A DNA stretch of 21,684 nt from a bacterium (GTDB lineage Bacteria; UBA10199; 2-02-FULL-44-16; DYJF01): assembly GCA_041739675.1 (NCBI GenBank), contig JBGSNL010000074.1, forward strand, positions 1 through 21,684, given 5' to 3'. This document shows, piece by piece, positions 1 through 11,249 of the stretch. Every line of letters starts with the position of its first letter. The first letter of the stretch is position 1. A model generated the notes under the pieces. It saw only the letters and a program-made list of their open reading frames with translations. It was not told where the DNA came from and did not search any database. A program made the translations under genes and the position numbers.

Positions 1-135
1 GTGATGCCCGGCGATAACGTAACTATGGAAATCGAACTCATCATGCCGATCGCGATGGAGAAGGAGTTAAGGTTCGCTATCCGTGAAGGCGGCAGGACAG
101 TCGGCGCAGGCGTTGTGACCGAGGTCATTGAATAA
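1..135 (+). CDS. tuf: Elongation factor Tu, 3' end (partial, begins before window)
   Basis: Frame 1 reads [44 protein letters not shown], the conserved EF-Tu C-terminus; TAA at 133-135. Confidence 0.98.
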   Translation: MMPGDNVTMEIELIMPIAMEKELRFAIREGGRTVGAGVVTEVIE

Positions 136-161
136 AGAAGGTCGGCTCAAGGAGTTAATAT

Positions 162-488
162 ATGGTTGAGCAGTACGAAAAAGGTCAGAAGGTAAGAATC
201 AAGCTCAAGGCGTTTGACCACAAGCTTCTCGATCAGTCCACGACCGAAATCGTGGGCACGGTTCAGAGGACGGGCGGCAGGATAGCAGGGCCGATCCCGC
301 TTCCCACAAAGATCGAAAAGTATTGCGTCCTCCGTTCGCCGCACGTGGATAAGCGCTCGCAGGAGCAGTTCGAAATCAGAACCCACAAGAGGCTTTTGGA
401 TATACTGGAGCCGACGCAGCAGACAATCGATGCGTTGATGAAGTTAGAACTTTCGTCGGGAGTGGACGTCGAAATAAAAATGATCTGA
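162..488 (+). CDS. rpsJ: 30S ribosomal protein S10
   Basis: [15 protein letters not shown]...GPIPLPT...[28 protein letters not shown] upstream. Confidence 0.99.
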   Translation: MVEQYEKGQKVRIKLKAFDHKLLDQSTTEIVGTVQRTGGRIAGPIPLPTKIEKYCVLRSPHVDKRSQEQFEIRTHKRLLDILEPTQQTIDALMKLELSSGVDVEIKMI

Positions 489-496
489 GGAAAACT

Positions 497-1219
497 ATGT
501 TAGGTCTTTTGGGAAAAAAGTTGGGAATGACGCAAATCTTTTCGGACGACGGGAGCCAGGTTCCGGTCACGGTCGTCCACGCGGGGCCGTGCTCGGTCGT
601 CCAGAAAAAGACGAAGGAGACAGACGGCTACAACGCGCTTCAGCTTGGGTTCGAAAAGGCCAAGCCTTCAAGGCTCGCGAAGGCCTTTCGTATCCATCAG
701 GAGAAGAAGGGACTTGAGCCTTTTGTCCACCTTCGCGAGTTCAGGACCGAAGCCGCCGCCGAATTTGAAGTCGGCCAGGCGATCACGGTCGGCGCGTTCA
801 AGGTGGGGGATATGGTCAATGTCATCGGCGTCTCAAAGGGTAGAGGCTTCCAGGGCGTCATCAAGCGCCACCATAAACACGGCGGTCCGGCGTCGCACGG
901 TTCGGATTTCCACAGGCGCACGGGCTCCATCGGTATGCGCACGTGGCCCGCACGCGTCTTCAAGAACACAAGACTTCCCGGCCACATGGGAGTGGACCGC
1001 GTGACTATCAAGAATATTGAAGTCGCGGGCGTCCGCCCCGACGACAACGTCCTTCTTTTAAAGGGCGGGCTCCCCGGAGCTAATAACGGCATGCTAATAA
1101 TCGTCAATACGACAAAGGATTTTGAAAAACGTCCGGAATTGAAGGGCAAAAAAACGGAAAAACCCGCCGCGGAAGAGCCTAAACAGGCGCCGGTGGAAAC
1201 GAAAGAAGAACAAAAGTAA
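497..1219 (+). CDS. rplC: 50S ribosomal protein L3 (with charged C-terminal tail)
   Basis: [38 protein letters not shown] motifs; operon position. Confidence 0.99.
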   Translation: MLGLLGKKLGMTQIFSDDGSQVPVTVVHAGPCSVVQKKTKETDGYNALQLGFEKAKPSRLAKAFRIHQEKKGLEPFVHLREFRTEAAAEFEVGQAITVGAFKVGDMVNVIGVSKGRGFQGVIKRHHKHGGPASHGSDFHRRTGSIGMRTWPARVFKNTRLPGHMGVDRVTIKNIEVAGVRPDDNVLLLKGGLPGANNGMLIIVNTTKDFEKRPELKGKKTEKPAAEEPKQAPVETKEEQK

Positions 1220-1234
1220 TCAGAGGCAAATGCC

Positions 1235-1855
1235 ATGAAGGAAACAGTATATAATGTAGAGAAGAAAAAGGTCGGCGAGGTGGATCTTTCGGAAGATATT
1301 TTCGGCGGTTCCCCCAACAAGGCGCTCCTGTACGAAGCGGTCAAGATGCAGCTCACGAACCGCAGACAGGGCGACGCGGCTTCAAAAACCCGCGGGATGG
1401 TCTCCGGGTCCACGAAGAAAATATACCGCCAAAAAGGCACCGGCCGCGCACGCCACTCGGACAGCCGCGCTAACCTGTTCGTCGGCGGCGGCAAATCTTT
1501 CGGCCCGCATCCGCGCGACTATTCTTACGCGATGCCCGTTAAGGCCAAGCGCGCGGCGCTTCGATCCGCTTTGGCGGCAAAGCTCCAGGACGGAAAAATC
1601 ATCGTCCTCGACAGTCTGGTAGTGAAGGCGCCCAAGACCAAAGAGATGGTGAAGACGCTGCAAAATCTGGGCGTTGCCCGCGGCCTCATAGTCACCGACG
1701 TGGCGGACGTGAATCTCAGGCGCTCGGTCGCCAATATCCCGAATGTGAAACTTATACGCTGTGATGGACTCAATCTTTTTGACATTTTCAAGCATGAGCA
1801 CCTAGTGATCACGCAGTCCGCGCTCGCCAAGGTGCAGGAGACATTAAGGCCGTGA
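1235..1855 (+). CDS. rplD: 50S ribosomal protein L4
   Basis: KTRGMVSGSTKKIYRQKGTGRARH, GGGKSFGPHPRDY. Confidence 0.99.
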   Translation: MKETVYNVEKKKVGEVDLSEDIFGGSPNKALLYEAVKMQLTNRRQGDAASKTRGMVSGSTKKIYRQKGTGRARHSDSRANLFVGGGKSFGPHPRDYSYAMPVKAKRAALRSALAAKLQDGKIIVLDSLVVKAPKTKEMVKTLQNLGVARGLIVTDVADVNLRRSVANIPNVKLIRCDGLNLFDIFKHEHLVITQSALAKVQETLRP

Positions 1856-2139
1856 AGATACATCAAGTTTTAAGACGACCGCTCATCACCGAGAAGAGCA
1901 CAGCAAGGCAGGGCGAATCCAACCAGTATTTCTTCGAAGTGGATAAGAAAGCCACGAAGAACGACGTCCGGAACGCTGTGGAGACCGTCTTCAAGGTCAG
2001 CGTCACCGCCGTCAGGACGCTCAACCTTCCGGGCAAGAGAAAGCGCGTCGGTAAAAACGTCGGCATGACATCAAGCTGGAAAAAAGCGATCGTCACGCTC
2101 AAAGAGGGCGAGCGCATCGAAATAATGGAAGGTAAATAA
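1852..2139 (+). CDS. rplW: 50S ribosomal protein L23 (GTG start overlapping rplD stop)
   Basis: [26 protein letters not shown]. Confidence 0.98.
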   Translation: MKIHQVLRRPLITEKSTARQGESNQYFFEVDKKATKNDVRNAVETVFKVSVTAVRTLNLPGKRKRVGKNVGMTSSWKKAIVTLKEGERIEIMEGK

Positions 2140-2963
2140 TGGGACTCAAGAATTATAAACCGGCTACACCCGGAAGGCGAGGCATGAGCGCGTACGATTT
2201 CTCCGAGCTCACGACCGATAGGCCTGAGAAAAAACTGACGTGCCATCTGAAGAAGAGTTCCGGACGCAATGCCTACGGACGCATCACCCTGTGGCATCGC
2301 GGTGGCGGGTCGAAGAAAAAGTACCGCATCATTGATTTCAAGCGCGACAAAGTGGGAGTTCCCGCAACAGTCGCAACCATCGAGTACGATCCGAACCGTT
2401 CGGCGTATATCGCTCTTTTGAATTACGCGGACGGCGAGAAGCGCTACATACTGGCGCCGGTTGGCTTGAAGGTGGGCCAGAAGGTCATTTCTTCCGACGA
2501 CGCTGAAATCGCCCCGGGCAATTCAATGTCCTTGAAGGCGATTCCTCTGGGAACGCCGGTCCACAACATCGAGATTCTTCCCGGCGCAGGCGCAAGGATC
2601 GCGCGCGGCGCGGGTGCGATGGCGCAGCTCATGGCCCGCGAAGGTCTTTATGCGCAGCTGAAACTTCCGTCGGGCGAAGTGAGAATGGTCAACGTTGAGT
2701 GTCGTGCCACGATAGGACAGGTCGGCAACCTGGATCATGGCAACATAGAGATCGGTAAGGCCGGAAGGAACCGCTGGATGGGCTGGCGCCCGATAGTCCG
2801 CGGCACCGCCATGAATCCGGTCGACCATCCGCACGGCGGAGGAGAGGGACGCACGAAGGGCGGACGCCATCCGGTTTCACCGTGGGGATGGTGCACAAAG
2901 GGAAGAAAGACAAGAGACAACAGGCGCACGCAGCGCTTCATCATAACCAGACGCAGCAAATAA
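2139..2963 (+). CDS. rplB: 50S ribosomal protein L2
   Basis: [31 protein letters not shown]. Confidence 0.99.
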   Translation: MGLKNYKPATPGRRGMSAYDFSELTTDRPEKKLTCHLKKSSGRNAYGRITLWHRGGGSKKKYRIIDFKRDKVGVPATVATIEYDPNRSAYIALLNYADGEKRYILAPVGLKVGQKVISSDDAEIAPGNSMSLKAIPLGTPVHNIEILPGAGARIARGAGAMAQLMAREGLYAQLKLPSGEVRMVNVECRATIGQVGNLDHGNIEIGKAGRNRWMGWRPIVRGTAMNPVDHPHGGGEGRTKGGRHPVSPWGWCTKGRKTRDNRRTQRFIITRRSK

Positions 2964-2975
2964 CGGGTTAAAAAT

Positions 2976-3269
2976 ATGGCAAGATCACTAAAAAAAGGTC
3001 CGTTCATTGATGGTCATCTCGCGAAGAAAGTGGAGTTCGCGCAGCAGTCCACGCAGAAGCAGATGATCAAAACATGGTCCAGGCGTTCAACCGTCATTCC
3101 GGATATGGTCGGTCTGACGATCGCGATTCACAACGGCAGAAAATTTGTGCCGGTGTTCGTGACGGAGAACATGGTCGGCCACAAGCTGGGCGAGTTCGCT
3201 CCGACGAGAACGTTCCGCGGCCATTCGGGCGAGAAAAAGACCGAAGTGAAGGAAGGCGGTGCGGCATGA
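2976..3269 (+). CDS. rpsS: 30S ribosomal protein S19
   Basis: [32 protein letters not shown]. Confidence 0.99.
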   Translation: MARSLKKGPFIDGHLAKKVEFAQQSTQKQMIKTWSRRSTVIPDMVGLTIAIHNGRKFVPVFVTENMVGHKLGEFAPTRTFRGHSGEKKTEVKEGGAA

Positions 3270-3595
3270 GTGAAGCAAGATTGAAACATCTACGCATGAC
3301 CCCGCGCAAGATGATGGCGGTCGCGACCTATATCAGGGGCAAGAACGTCCAGGCGGCGATCGACTATCTCACGTTCTGCAGGCGCCGTGCTGCAGGTCCG
3401 CTTTTGAAGCTTGTGAAGTCCGCAGTCGCAAACGCGTCCCACAAGGGGGGCGTCGACGTGGACAATTTATATATCAAGGAGCTTCTGATCGGTAAGGGAC
3501 CGACGATGCGCAGGTGGATGCCTCGCGCGCGCGGAATGGCGACGCCGATTCTCAAACGCACAAGCCATGTGAAGCTCACTTTGGCCGAGAAGTAG
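3266..3595 (+). CDS. rplV: 50S ribosomal protein L22 (true start ATG 3266, ATGA overlap with rpsS)
   Basis: [15 protein letters not shown]...[10 protein letters not shown]...[13 protein letters not shown]...KRTSH; the upstream part of the 3074 ORF lies inside rpsS. Confidence 0.97.
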   Translation: MSEARLKHLRMTPRKMMAVATYIRGKNVQAAIDYLTFCRRRAAGPLLKLVKSAVANASHKGGVDVDNLYIKELLIGKGPTMRRWMPRARGMATPILKRTSHVKLTLAEK

Positions 3596-3609
3596 GTAAT
3601 GGAGGTATC

Positions 3610-4236
3610 GTGGGACAGAAGACGCACCCAAAAGGTTTCAGGTTAGGGATCACAAAGACGTGGGACTCGCGCTGGTACGCGCAGGGAAGGCACTACTCCC
3701 AGATGATCCACGAAGACGAGGCGCTCAGAAAAGATCTGAAAAAGAAACTTTTCAGCTCCGGCGTTTCCAAGATTGAAATTGAGCGTCCGGCGGGAAAGGT
3801 CATCGTCAACGCGTTCGTGGCCCGGCCCGGACTTGCAATCGGAAAAAAGGGCGCCGGCATCGAGCAGCTGAGGCTCGATATGCAGGCCCATACCAAAGAC
3901 GAAGTTCAGGTTAATATAAAGGAAGTGAGAAAGGCCGAGATCGACGCGCAGCTGGTCGCCGAAAACGTCGCAAGTCAGCTGGAGAGAAGGGTGGCCTTCA
4001 GACGTGCGATGAAGAAAGCGGTTCAGTCGGCATTGAAGCTGGGCGCGGAGGGCATCAAGATACAGTGCTCGGGGCGTCTGGGCGGAGCGGAACTCGCACG
4101 CTGCGAGTGGTACCGCGAAGGCCGCGTGCCGCTGCACACATTGAGAGCCGATATCGACTACGGTTTTGCCGAGGCAATGACGACCTACGGCAAGATCGGC
4201 GTCAAGACATGGATCTATAACGGAGAGATTTTGTAA
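3610..4236 (+). CDS. rpsC: 30S ribosomal protein S3 (GTG start 3610)
   Basis: (M)[44 protein letters not shown] at 3601-3607. Confidence 0.98.
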   Translation: MGQKTHPKGFRLGITKTWDSRWYAQGRHYSQMIHEDEALRKDLKKKLFSSGVSKIEIERPAGKVIVNAFVARPGLAIGKKGAGIEQLRLDMQAHTKDEVQVNIKEVRKAEIDAQLVAENVASQLERRVAFRRAMKKAVQSALKLGAEGIKIQCSGRLGGAELARCEWYREGRVPLHTLRADIDYGFAEAMTTYGKIGVKTWIYNGEIL

Positions 4237-4237
4237 T

Positions 4238-4663
4238 ATGTTACAGCCAGAGAAAACAAAATTCAGAAAGCAGCAAAAGGGCAGGGTCAGAGGGATGACC
4301 AACCGCGGCGTTAACCTCTCGTTCGGCGACTACGGCTTGCAGTCGATTGGCCACGGATGGATCACCGCGCGTCAGATCGAAGCGTGCCGCATGGCGATGA
4401 CCCACGCAACAAAACGCGGAGGAAAACTCTGGATCAGAATTTTCCCCGACAAGCCCTTGTCGAAGAAGCCCACCGAAACGCGTATGGGACGCGGAAAGGG
4501 CACGCCCGAACTGTGGGTCGCCTGCATCCGGAGAGGCAGAATGCTCTTTGAGGTGAAGGGAGTGGACAGGGCTGTAGCTTTGCAATCGCTTCGTCTTGCA
4601 TCCCACAAACTGGGAATGGCAACGCAGATAGTCGAACGGGGGGTGACGATTGAAGCCCGCTGA
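4238..4663 (+). CDS. rplP: 50S ribosomal protein L16
   Basis: [42 protein letters not shown]. Confidence 0.99.
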   Translation: MLQPEKTKFRKQQKGRVRGMTNRGVNLSFGDYGLQSIGHGWITARQIEACRMAMTHATKRGGKLWIRIFPDKPLSKKPTETRMGRGKGTPELWVACIRRGRMLFEVKGVDRAVALQSLRLASHKLGMATQIVERGVTIEAR

Positions 4664-4847
4664 AGTTAGAGACAAAACCGTAGGTGAATTGAAGAAACTA
4701 GCCGTCCAGATAGACGACGAGCTTTTCCAGCTCAAGTTCCGTCTCGGATCGGGCCAGCTCAAAACCACGGCCGACATAAAAAAGAAGCGCAGGGATTTGG
4801 CCCGCGTGAAAACCGTTTTGAGGCAGAAGGAGCTTGCGGGCTCATAA
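4650..4847 (+). CDS. rpmC: 50S ribosomal protein L29 (TTG start, 14-nt overlap with rplP)
   Basis: [14 protein letters not shown]...[16 protein letters not shown]-rich SD upstream. Confidence 0.95.
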   Translation: MKPAEVRDKTVGELKKLAVQIDDELFQLKFRLGSGQLKTTADIKKKRRDLARVKTVLRQKELAGS

Positions 4848-4857
4848 AGGAAAAGCA

Positions 4858-5133
4858 ATGGAAGCGAACAGAAAAACCAAAGTCGGAGTGATTGTTTCAA
4901 ACGCCATGCAGAAAACGGTGGTCGTCGAAGTGGAGCGCACCGTTTTGGAGCCCACGTTCAAGAAATACGTGCGGCGCAGAACAAAGTTCATGGCGCATGA
5001 CGAAAGCGGAAAATGCCAGAAGGGTGACACGGTGGAGATCATGGAGTGCCGCCCGCTGTCTTCAAGGAAGCACTGGTGCGTGATCCGCACGATAAAGCAT
5101 CAGAAAATGCCTGAGGCAGTCGAGGTTGCCTGA
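4858..5133 (+). CDS. rpsQ: 30S ribosomal protein S17 (ATG 4858)
   Basis: GVIVSNAMQKTVVVEV, KFMAHDE, GDTVEIMECRPLSSRK; AAAGGA SD. Confidence 0.97.
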   Translation: MEANRKTKVGVIVSNAMQKTVVVEVERTVLEPTFKKYVRRRTKFMAHDESGKCQKGDTVEIMECRPLSSRKHWCVIRTIKHQKMPEAVEVA

Positions 5134-5145
5134 AGGGGATAAAAA

Positions 5146-5514
5146 ATGATTCAACAGCAGACAATATTGGATGTGGCAGACAACTCCGGAGCGCGGCGCG
5201 TAATGTGCATCAAGGTCCTTGGCGGGACGAGGCGCCGCTACGCGACGATCGGAGACATAATCGTGGTTTCCATCAAGGAAGCCGCCCCTAACTCAAAAGT
5301 CAAGAAGGGCGAGATCAAGCGCGCCGTCATCGTGAGGACGAAAAAAGAGATCAAACGCGTTGACGGTTCCACGATACGTTTTGACGAAAACTCGGCCGTG
5401 CTCATCAACGAAGCGGGAGAGCCGATCGGAACGCGTATTTTCGGGCCGGTTGCGCGCGAGCTTAGGGCCAAGAAGTTCACAAAAATCATCTCGATGGCCA
5501 CGGAGGTTTTATAA
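5146..5514 (+). CDS. rplN: 50S ribosomal protein L14
   Basis: [30 protein letters not shown]. Confidence 0.99.
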   Translation: MIQQQTILDVADNSGARRVMCIKVLGGTRRRYATIGDIIVVSIKEAAPNSKVKKGEIKRAVIVRTKKEIKRVDGSTIRFDENSAVLINEAGEPIGTRIFGPVARELRAKKFTKIISMATEVL

Positions 5515-5837
5515 TGAGTATACGTAAAGGCGACATGGTGATGTTGATTACCGGCAAAGAGAAAGGCAAGACCGGCAAAGTTCTGGTGGTCAACCGCGAA
5601 AAGAGCACCGTTCTCGTAGAGCGCGTGAATTTCGTGAAGCGCCATCAAAAACCGACGCAGAAAATGCGTCAGGGCGGTATCGTCGAGAAGGAAGCGCCGC
5701 TCAGGATATCGAACGTTATGTACTATGACGAAAAGCTCTCGAAACCGACGCGCCTTGGCCACAAAGTTTTAGACGACGGCAAAAAGGTCAGGTTCTCGAA
5801 GAGATCGGGCGAAATCATCGAAACAAAGGTAAAGTAG
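5514..5837 (+). CDS. rplX: 50S ribosomal protein L24
   Basis: KOW motif IRKGDMVMLITGKEKGKTGKV; GGIVEKEAPLRISNV. Confidence 0.98.
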   Translation: MSIRKGDMVMLITGKEKGKTGKVLVVNREKSTVLVERVNFVKRHQKPTQKMRQGGIVEKEAPLRISNVMYYDEKLSKPTRLGHKVLDDGKKVRFSKRSGEIIETKVK

Positions 5838-5845
5838 GATAAATT

Positions 5846-6562
5846 ATGGCAGAAGAGAAAAAACAAAAGCAGGCCGAAGGAAAAGCGGAAGGCAAACCGA
5901 AGAAGGATAAGCCGCAGCAGCCGAAGGGCGGAAAGCCGGAAAAGCACGCCAAGGGCGAAGAGAAGGCCGAGCCTAAAGAAAAGGTGAAGAAGGAAAAACG
6001 GCCCGTCGTTCCGAGACAGCCCTCTCCTTATGAGATGAGCTACGTGCAGAAATGCGTGCCGGCTCTCATAGAGAAGTTCGGCTACAAGAACCGCATGCAG
6101 GTGCCCAAGATCCAGAAGATCGTCATCAACACCTGCCTCAAAGAGGCGCTTCAGGATCACAAATTACTTGAGACCGCGGCCGAAGAGATCGCTACGATAG
6201 CGGGCCAGAGGCCGGTGCTCACAAGGTCGAAAAAATCGATCGCGAACTTCAAGCTCCGTGCCGGTGTCACCATCGGCGCGTGCATCACGCTCCGCGGCAG
6301 AAATATGTACGAATTTTTGAACCGCCTCGTGAACGTGGCGCTGCCCAGGGTGCGCGACTTCAAAGGCGTCTCTCCGAAATCGTTCGACGGAAGAGGCAAC
6401 TACACGCTGGGGCTGACAGAACAGATCATATTCCCCGAGATCAACTTTGACAAAGTTACGAAGGTCAACGGGATGAACATAACTTTTGTGACGACGGCGA
6501 CCACGGACGAAGAGGGCAAGACACTCTTGCAGCTCATGGGCATGCCCTTCAGGAGCGCATAA
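5846..6562 (+). CDS. rplE: 50S ribosomal protein L5 with ~55-aa Lys/Glu/Pro-rich N-terminal extension
   Basis: [51 protein letters not shown]. Confidence 0.98.
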   Translation: MAEEKKQKQAEGKAEGKPKKDKPQQPKGGKPEKHAKGEEKAEPKEKVKKEKRPVVPRQPSPYEMSYVQKCVPALIEKFGYKNRMQVPKIQKIVINTCLKEALQDHKLLETAAEEIATIAGQRPVLTRSKKSIANFKLRAGVTIGACITLRGRNMYEFLNRLVNVALPRVRDFKGVSPKSFDGRGNYTLGLTEQIIFPEINFDKVTKVNGMNITFVTTATTDEEGKTLLQLMGMPFRSA

Positions 6563-6563
6563 G

Positions 6564-6749
6564 ATGGCAAAGACATCCCTAAGGATCAAGGCGACGAGGA
6601 AACCGAAATTCAAGGTCAGGGCCTATCACAGATGCCCGCGTTGCGGACGCTCACGCGGTTATTTCAGAAAATTCGATCTGTGCCGCCTGTGCTTCAGACA
6701 GATGGCCCTGAACGGAGAGCTTCCCGGTGTCGTGAAATCAAGCTGGTAG
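6564..6749 (+). CDS. rpsN: 30S ribosomal protein S14, short zinc-binding (type Z) form
   Basis: 61 aa; RCPRCGR and LCRLCFR CxxC pairs; LPGVVKSSW. Confidence 0.98.
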   Translation: MAKTSLRIKATRKPKFKVRAYHRCPRCGRSRGYFRKFDLCRLCFRQMALNGELPGVVKSSW

Positions 6750-6765
6750 AAGGAGTATTTATATT

Positions 6766-7161
6766 ATGATGACAGATCCAATAGCTGACTTGCTCACAAG
6801 AATAAGAAACGGTCTCCATGCCAAACAGGCTGAGGTCGTCGTTCCGGCTTCCAAGCTCAAGGAGCGGATTGCAAAGATAATGTCGGAAGAGGGGTTCTTG
6901 AGGGAAGTCACAACCCTTGGAGAGGGTAAAAATAAATCGATAGTAATAAAGCTCCGCTACACGCAGGCGAAAAAGCCCGTGATCTCCGAGATCGCAAGGA
7001 TCAGCAAAATAGGCAGACGCGTCTACATCACGACAGGCGAGATCAGGTCGGTGAAGCGCGGTCGTGGAATTGCGATCCTGTCGACATCGAAGGGCGTAAT
7101 GAAGGATCAGGATGCGAAGAAGCACGGCGTTGGCGGCGAACTTTTGTGCCAGATTTGGTAG
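6766..7161 (+). CDS. rpsH: 30S ribosomal protein S8
   Basis: MTDPIADLLTRIRNG, GIAILSTSKGVM, GVGGELLCQIW; AAGGAG SD. Confidence 0.99.
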   Translation: MMTDPIADLLTRIRNGLHAKQAEVVVPASKLKERIAKIMSEEGFLREVTTLGEGKNKSIVIKLRYTQAKKPVISEIARISKIGRRVYITTGEIRSVKRGRGIAILSTSKGVMKDQDAKKHGVGGELLCQIW

Positions 7162-7162
7162 G

Positions 7163-7207
7163 CCCAGCCCGCCACGCGAGACGAGCTCGCGAGGCGAGGC
7201 GGGCGGG
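7163..7207. repeat. GC-rich intergenic hairpin (GCCCGCC...GGCGGGC family, copy 1)
   Basis: gcccgcc 7167-7173 pairs with ggcgggc 7198-7204; inner stem cgcgag 7175-7180 / ctcgcg 7186-7191; ccc 7163-65 / ggg 7205-07. Confidence 0.75.
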
Positions 7208-7214
7208 AGGATAA

Positions 7215-7787
7215 ATGTCGCGTATCGGAAAAAGACCGGTTGTTGCGCCCAGCGGCGTCAAGATGCACCTTGAGGGCAAACTTTTGAAAGTGGAAGGTCC
7301 CAAGGGCAAACTGGAAATGACAATTCCCGGCAGGGGAAACGTAGAGGTCTCCGTTTCGGGAAATGAGCTTAGCGTGAAGCGCAAGGACGACGGCCGCGAG
7401 GCGAGGATGGAGCAGGGTTTGGTCCGCGCGTTGGCCGCAAACATGGTGAACGGAGTTTCCAAGGCTTTCACAAAAGATTTGGATATCGTTGGCGTCGGCT
7501 ACAGGGCGGAAGTGAAGGGCCCCATTCTTCTTATGAGCTTGGGCTATTCGCACCCGATCGAGTTCACAATTCCCAAGGGAATCACGATCACGATGGAAAA
7601 GCTGACGCACATAACGGTTTCAGGCGCTGACAAGGCATTGGTCGGCGAGACGGCGGCGATCATCAGAAGGTTCAGGCCGCCGGAACCATATAAGGGAAAA
7701 GGGATCAAGTACACCCAGGAGCATATCAGGCGCAAGGTCGGTAAGGCAGCGGTTGGAACGGGCGCCGGTGCTGCAAAGGGAGGTTAA
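7215..7787 (+). CDS. rplF: 50S ribosomal protein L6
   Basis: MSRIGKRPV, VEGPKGKL, GVGYRA, RPPEPYKGKGIKY. Confidence 0.99.
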   Translation: MSRIGKRPVVAPSGVKMHLEGKLLKVEGPKGKLEMTIPGRGNVEVSVSGNELSVKRKDDGREARMEQGLVRALAANMVNGVSKAFTKDLDIVGVGYRAEVKGPILLMSLGYSHPIEFTIPKGITITMEKLTHITVSGADKALVGETAAIIRRFRPPEPYKGKGIKYTQEHIRRKVGKAAVGTGAGAAKGG

Positions 7788-7790
7788 GAG

Positions 7791-8150
7791 ATGAAGGGCG
7801 ACAGTGCATCAAGAAGAAGAGTGAGACATCTGCGCATCAGGCGAAAGATCGCCGGTACGGCGGAACGCCCGCGCATGAGCGTCTTCAGATCCGCAAAGCA
7901 TATCGGCGTTCAGCTGATCAACGACATGGATGGCAAGACTCTGGTCGCGGCATCCACGTATGAAAAGGATCTAAAGGGAATTAAAGAGCGCGCAACCTGC
8001 GAAGGTGCGAAACGCATAGGCGAGATCATCGCGGAGCGCGCCAAGGCGAAGGGAATTGAAAGCGTTGTTTTCGACAGGAGCGGTTATCTGTTTCACGGGC
8101 GCGTCAAAGCCCTGGCAGACAGCGCGCGTGGAAAAGGATTGAAATTCTAA
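7791..8150 (+). CDS. rplR: 50S ribosomal protein L18
   Basis: [32 protein letters not shown]. Confidence 0.99.
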   Translation: MKGDSASRRRVRHLRIRRKIAGTAERPRMSVFRSAKHIGVQLINDMDGKTLVAASTYEKDLKGIKERATCEGAKRIGEIIAERAKAKGIESVVFDRSGYLFHGRVKALADSARGKGLKF

Positions 8151-8159
8151 GGTGGTGAT

Positions 8160-8648
8160 ATGGAGCCGACGAGAAGACGGGAAAGAGAATCATTTGATAA
8201 TCAGACGGAGCTTATTGAGCGCGTTGTTCATATAAGCCGCGTCGCCAAGGTGGTGAAGGGCGGAAAGAGATTTTCGTTCTCCGCGCTGGTAGTCACGGGC
8301 GACGGCAACGGCCGTGTTGGTTTTTCGCTGGGCAAGGCGCGCGAGGTTCCGGAAGCGATAAGAAAGGCCATCGAAGGCGCAAAGCGCTCGATGGTCCGCG
8401 TGCCCGTGAGCGAAGGAACAATTCCGCATGAGATACTGGGCATTTACGGCGCGGCGAAGGTTGTCATGAAGCCGGCGTCTCCAGGTACGGGAGTGATAGC
8501 GGGCGGTCCGGTGCGCGCGGTCGTTGAAGCGGCGGGCATTCACAATATTCTTACAAAATCTCTGGGCACGTCCAATCCGCACAACGTGGTGAAGGCGGTC
8601 ATGGACGGCCTTGAAAAACTATCCACGCAAAAGAGGATGGCTGACTGA
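8160..8648 (+). CDS. rpsE: 30S ribosomal protein S5
   Basis: [32 protein letters not shown]. Confidence 0.99.
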   Translation: MEPTRRRERESFDNQTELIERVVHISRVAKVVKGGKRFSFSALVVTGDGNGRVGFSLGKAREVPEAIRKAIEGAKRSMVRVPVSEGTIPHEILGIYGAAKVVMKPASPGTGVIAGGPVRAVVEAAGIHNILTKSLGTSNPHNVVKAVMDGLEKLSTQKRMAD

Positions 8649-8656
8649 GGTCTCTC

Positions 8657-8851
8657 ATGGCAAAAGGCAAAAAAATAAGAGTGAAGATGGTTCACAGCGG
8701 GATATCGACTCCTCCGAAACATCGGGCGACTCTCAAGGGGCTGGGGCTCAGAAGGCTCTACGGCGAGAGGATACTCCCCGACACGCCTGAGGTCAGAGGA
8801 ATGGTCGCGAGCGTCTACCATCTCGTGAAAATCGTCGAAGAGGGTCTATGA
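8657..8851 (+). CDS. rpmD: 50S ribosomal protein L30
   Basis: [25 protein letters not shown]; position between rpsE and rplO. Confidence 0.96.
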   Translation: MAKGKKIRVKMVHSGISTPPKHRATLKGLGLRRLYGERILPDTPEVRGMVASVYHLVKIVEEGL

Positions 8852-9297
8852 AATTAAATGAAATCGGTCTTCCGCAAGGAAAACAGCAGCGCAAAGTGAA
8901 AAGGGTTGGCAGGGGCGACGGTTCGGGCCATGGCGGCACGTCATGCCGGGGTCACAAGGGCCAGAAGTCGCGCGCCGGCGGTTTTCACAAGGCGGGCTTC
9001 GAAGGCGGGCAGATGCCTCTCCAGAGAAGGCTCCCGAAGCGCGGGTTCAAAAACATCTTCAGGAATGACTATACGATCGTGAACCTTGATCAGCTGGATA
9101 AATTCCCCGTGGGCGCCGAAGTCACGGTCGAAAAATTGATTGAGCAGGGAGTTGTGAAACGCGCGCTTTCGGGTCTGGTCGTTTTGGGCCGGGGCGACGT
9201 TTCCCATGCTCTCACCGTCAAGGCAGTCAGGTTCTCCCCATCCGCGAAAGAGAAAATCGAAGCGAAGGGCGGCAAGGTCGAGGTAACAAGTGTCTGA
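8848..9297 (+). CDS. rplO: 50S ribosomal protein L15
   Basis: [41 protein letters not shown]. Confidence 0.99.
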   Translation: MKLNEIGLPQGKQQRKVKRVGRGDGSGHGGTSCRGHKGQKSRAGGFHKAGFEGGQMPLQRRLPKRGFKNIFRNDYTIVNLDQLDKFPVGAEVTVEKLIEQGVVKRALSGLVVLGRGDVSHALTVKAVRFSPSAKEKIEAKGGKVEVTSV

Positions 9298-10597
9298 CAA
9301 AATTGCGAACATTGCAAAAATACCGGAGCTCCGGCGCCGGATACTTTTTACAATATTAATGTTGGGGATATATCGCATAGGTGTCTTTGTCCCCACCCCT
9401 GGAGTCTCGGCGGACGTTGTCAAAAAGATCATCTCCCAGGGAACGGTCTTTGAAATCTTCAACATGTTTTCGGGCGGCGCGCTTTCGCAGTTTTCGGTCT
9501 TCGCTCTGGGCATCATGCCCTATATCAGCGCATCTATTATATTGCAGCTTCTCACGGTCTCCGTTCCCGCGATTGAAAGACTCTCCAAAGAAGGGGAGCA
9601 GGGCAGAAAAAAGATCACTAGATACACGCGCTATGGCACCGTGCTTCTGTCCCTGATCCAGGGTTTCGGAATCGGATACGGTTTGAAAGGGCAGGGCGCG
9701 ATGCTTCCCGGCGTTCCCGTGTGGCAGTTCTACGTTACGACGATGGTCACACTGGCTGCGGGAACGGCGTTCCTCATGTGGCTGGGCGAACTGATATCCG
9801 AGCGCGGAATCGGCAACGGAATCTCGCTCATCATCTTCGCCGGTATCGTGACGCGCATACCGGTCGGTTTCCGAGATGCATGGGCCATCAAGGACCAGTT
9901 TGCCGGCCTTTTCGGTTTTCTCGTTCTCATCGCGTTCATCGGCCTCCTCATCGGCATCATCATATTCATGGAGCGCTCCAGCAGGCGGCTGCCGGTTCAG
10001 TATGCGAAACGCGTTGTGGGAAGAAAGATATATGGTGGCCAGTCCTCGTTTTTGCCGCTGAAGGTCAACACCGCCGGCGTTATTCCGCCGATCTTCGCCT
10101 CCTCCATCATCATGTTCCCGGCGACGATCGCTCAGTTTGTGCAAAACGGCCCCATGCAGGCGATATCATCGGCGCTCGCAACAGGCTGGATACACACGGT
10201 GCTCTACGGCACGCTCATCATATTTTTCGCTTATTTTTACACGGCCGTCACCTTCAACCCGGTTGACGTGTCGGATAACATGAAAAAATTCGGTGGATTC
10301 ATCCCTGGCATCAGGCCGGGCAAGTCCACGTCGGATTATATAGACCGCGTTCTGACCAGGGTGACGTTAGGCGGCGCGCTTTACGTGACGTTTGTCTGTA
10401 TCGTTCCCGAACTTCTGATCCGCCAGTTCGGCATTCCGTCGTCTCTGGCCTACACGTTCGGCGGCACGTCGCTCATGATCGTCGTGGGTGTGGCGATGGA
10501 CACGCTGGCGCAGATCGAATCGCATCTTTTGACGCGCCATTATGAAGGATTTTTGGGCGCGAAGGCCGGCGGCCGGTTCCGCGGAAGAAGAGGATAG
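9290..10597 (+). CDS. secY: Preprotein translocase subunit SecY (GTG start)
   Basis: [48 protein letters not shown]; multiple TM segments. Confidence 0.99.
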   Translation: MSDKIANIAKIPELRRRILFTILMLGIYRIGVFVPTPGVSADVVKKIISQGTVFEIFNMFSGGALSQFSVFALGIMPYISASIILQLLTVSVPAIERLSKEGEQGRKKITRYTRYGTVLLSLIQGFGIGYGLKGQGAMLPGVPVWQFYVTTMVTLAAGTAFLMWLGELISERGIGNGISLIIFAGIVTRIPVGFRDAWAIKDQFAGLFGFLVLIAFIGLLIGIIIFMERSSRRLPVQYAKRVVGRKIYGGQSSFLPLKVNTAGVIPPIFASSIIMFPATIAQFVQNGPMQAISSALATGWIHTVLYGTLIIFFAYFYTAVTFNPVDVSDNMKKFGGFIPGIRPGKSTSDYIDRVLTRVTLGGALYVTFVCIVPELLIRQFGIPSSLAYTFGGTSLMIVVGVAMDTLAQIESHLLTRHYEGFLGAKAGGRFRGRRG

Positions 10598-10598
10598 G

Positions 10599-11249
10599 AT
10601 GGTTCTCATTTTAATGGGGCCGCCAGGATGCGGCAAGGGAACACAGGGCAAGAGGCTGGAGGAACGTTACAAGCTTCCGGAGCTGGCGACGGGCGACATG
10701 CTTCGTGAGGCGGTGAAAAACAAAACGCCCGTGGGTCTCAAGGCGAAGGATTTCATGGACCGCGGCGCGCTTGTCCCCGACGACGTCATAATCGGCGTAA
10801 TGCGCGAGAGGATGGGAAAACCCGATTGCGCGAACGGTTTCATTCTGGACGGTTTTCCAAGAACGGTTGTCCAGGCGGACGCTTTGAACGCTCTTTTAAA
10901 AACGCTCTCGAAGGACATCACGGCCGCCGTCAATCTTGACGTTGCCGACGAAGAGGTCGTTAAGAGGCTTTCAGGAAGAAGATCCTGCCTTTCGTGCGGC
11001 TCCACTTTTCACATCACCTTTTCTCCTTCGAAGAAGGAAGGGCGATGCGACAAGTGCGGAGCTGAGCTGGTCCAGAGATCAGACGACCATGAAGGCACCA
11101 TACGTTCAAGGCTTTCGGTCTACCGCGCGCAAACGGCGCCGCTGATAAATTTTTACGATCGCATGGGCCGTCTCAAAAACGTGGACGGCACAGGCTCGAT
11201 AGACGAAATTTTTAAGACGATCTGTTCTTTGATTGATAAAGAGTTATGA
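10599..11249 (+). CDS. adk: Adenylate kinase with Zn-type LID (ATG 10599)
   Basis: P-loop GPPGCGKGTQ, GFILDGFPRT, LID CLSCG...CDKCG. Confidence 0.98.
   Translation: MVLILMGPPGCGKGTQGKRLEERYKLPELATGDMLREAVKNKTPVGLKAKDFMDRGALVPDDVIIGVMRERMGKPDCANGFILDGFPRTVVQADALNALLKTLSKDITAAVNLDVADEEVVKRLSGRRSCLSCGSTFHITFSPSKKEGRCDKCGAELVQRSDDHEGTIRSRLSVYRAQTAPLINFYDRMGRLKNVDGTGSIDEIFKTICSLIDKEL

Noticed and set aside
136..161. S10 leader / L4 attenuator
   Set aside because: Only 26 nt separate tuf and rpsJ, leaving no room for a leader. Direct tuf-rpsJ linkage is common.
3074..3609. Extended ORF-track starts for rplV (3074) and rpsC (3514); likewise rpsQ 4834, adk 10542, rpsK 12814, feoB 18494
   Set aside because: The extensions lie inside upstream genes or lack an SD. 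Conserved N-termini and SD positions point to the downstream starts.
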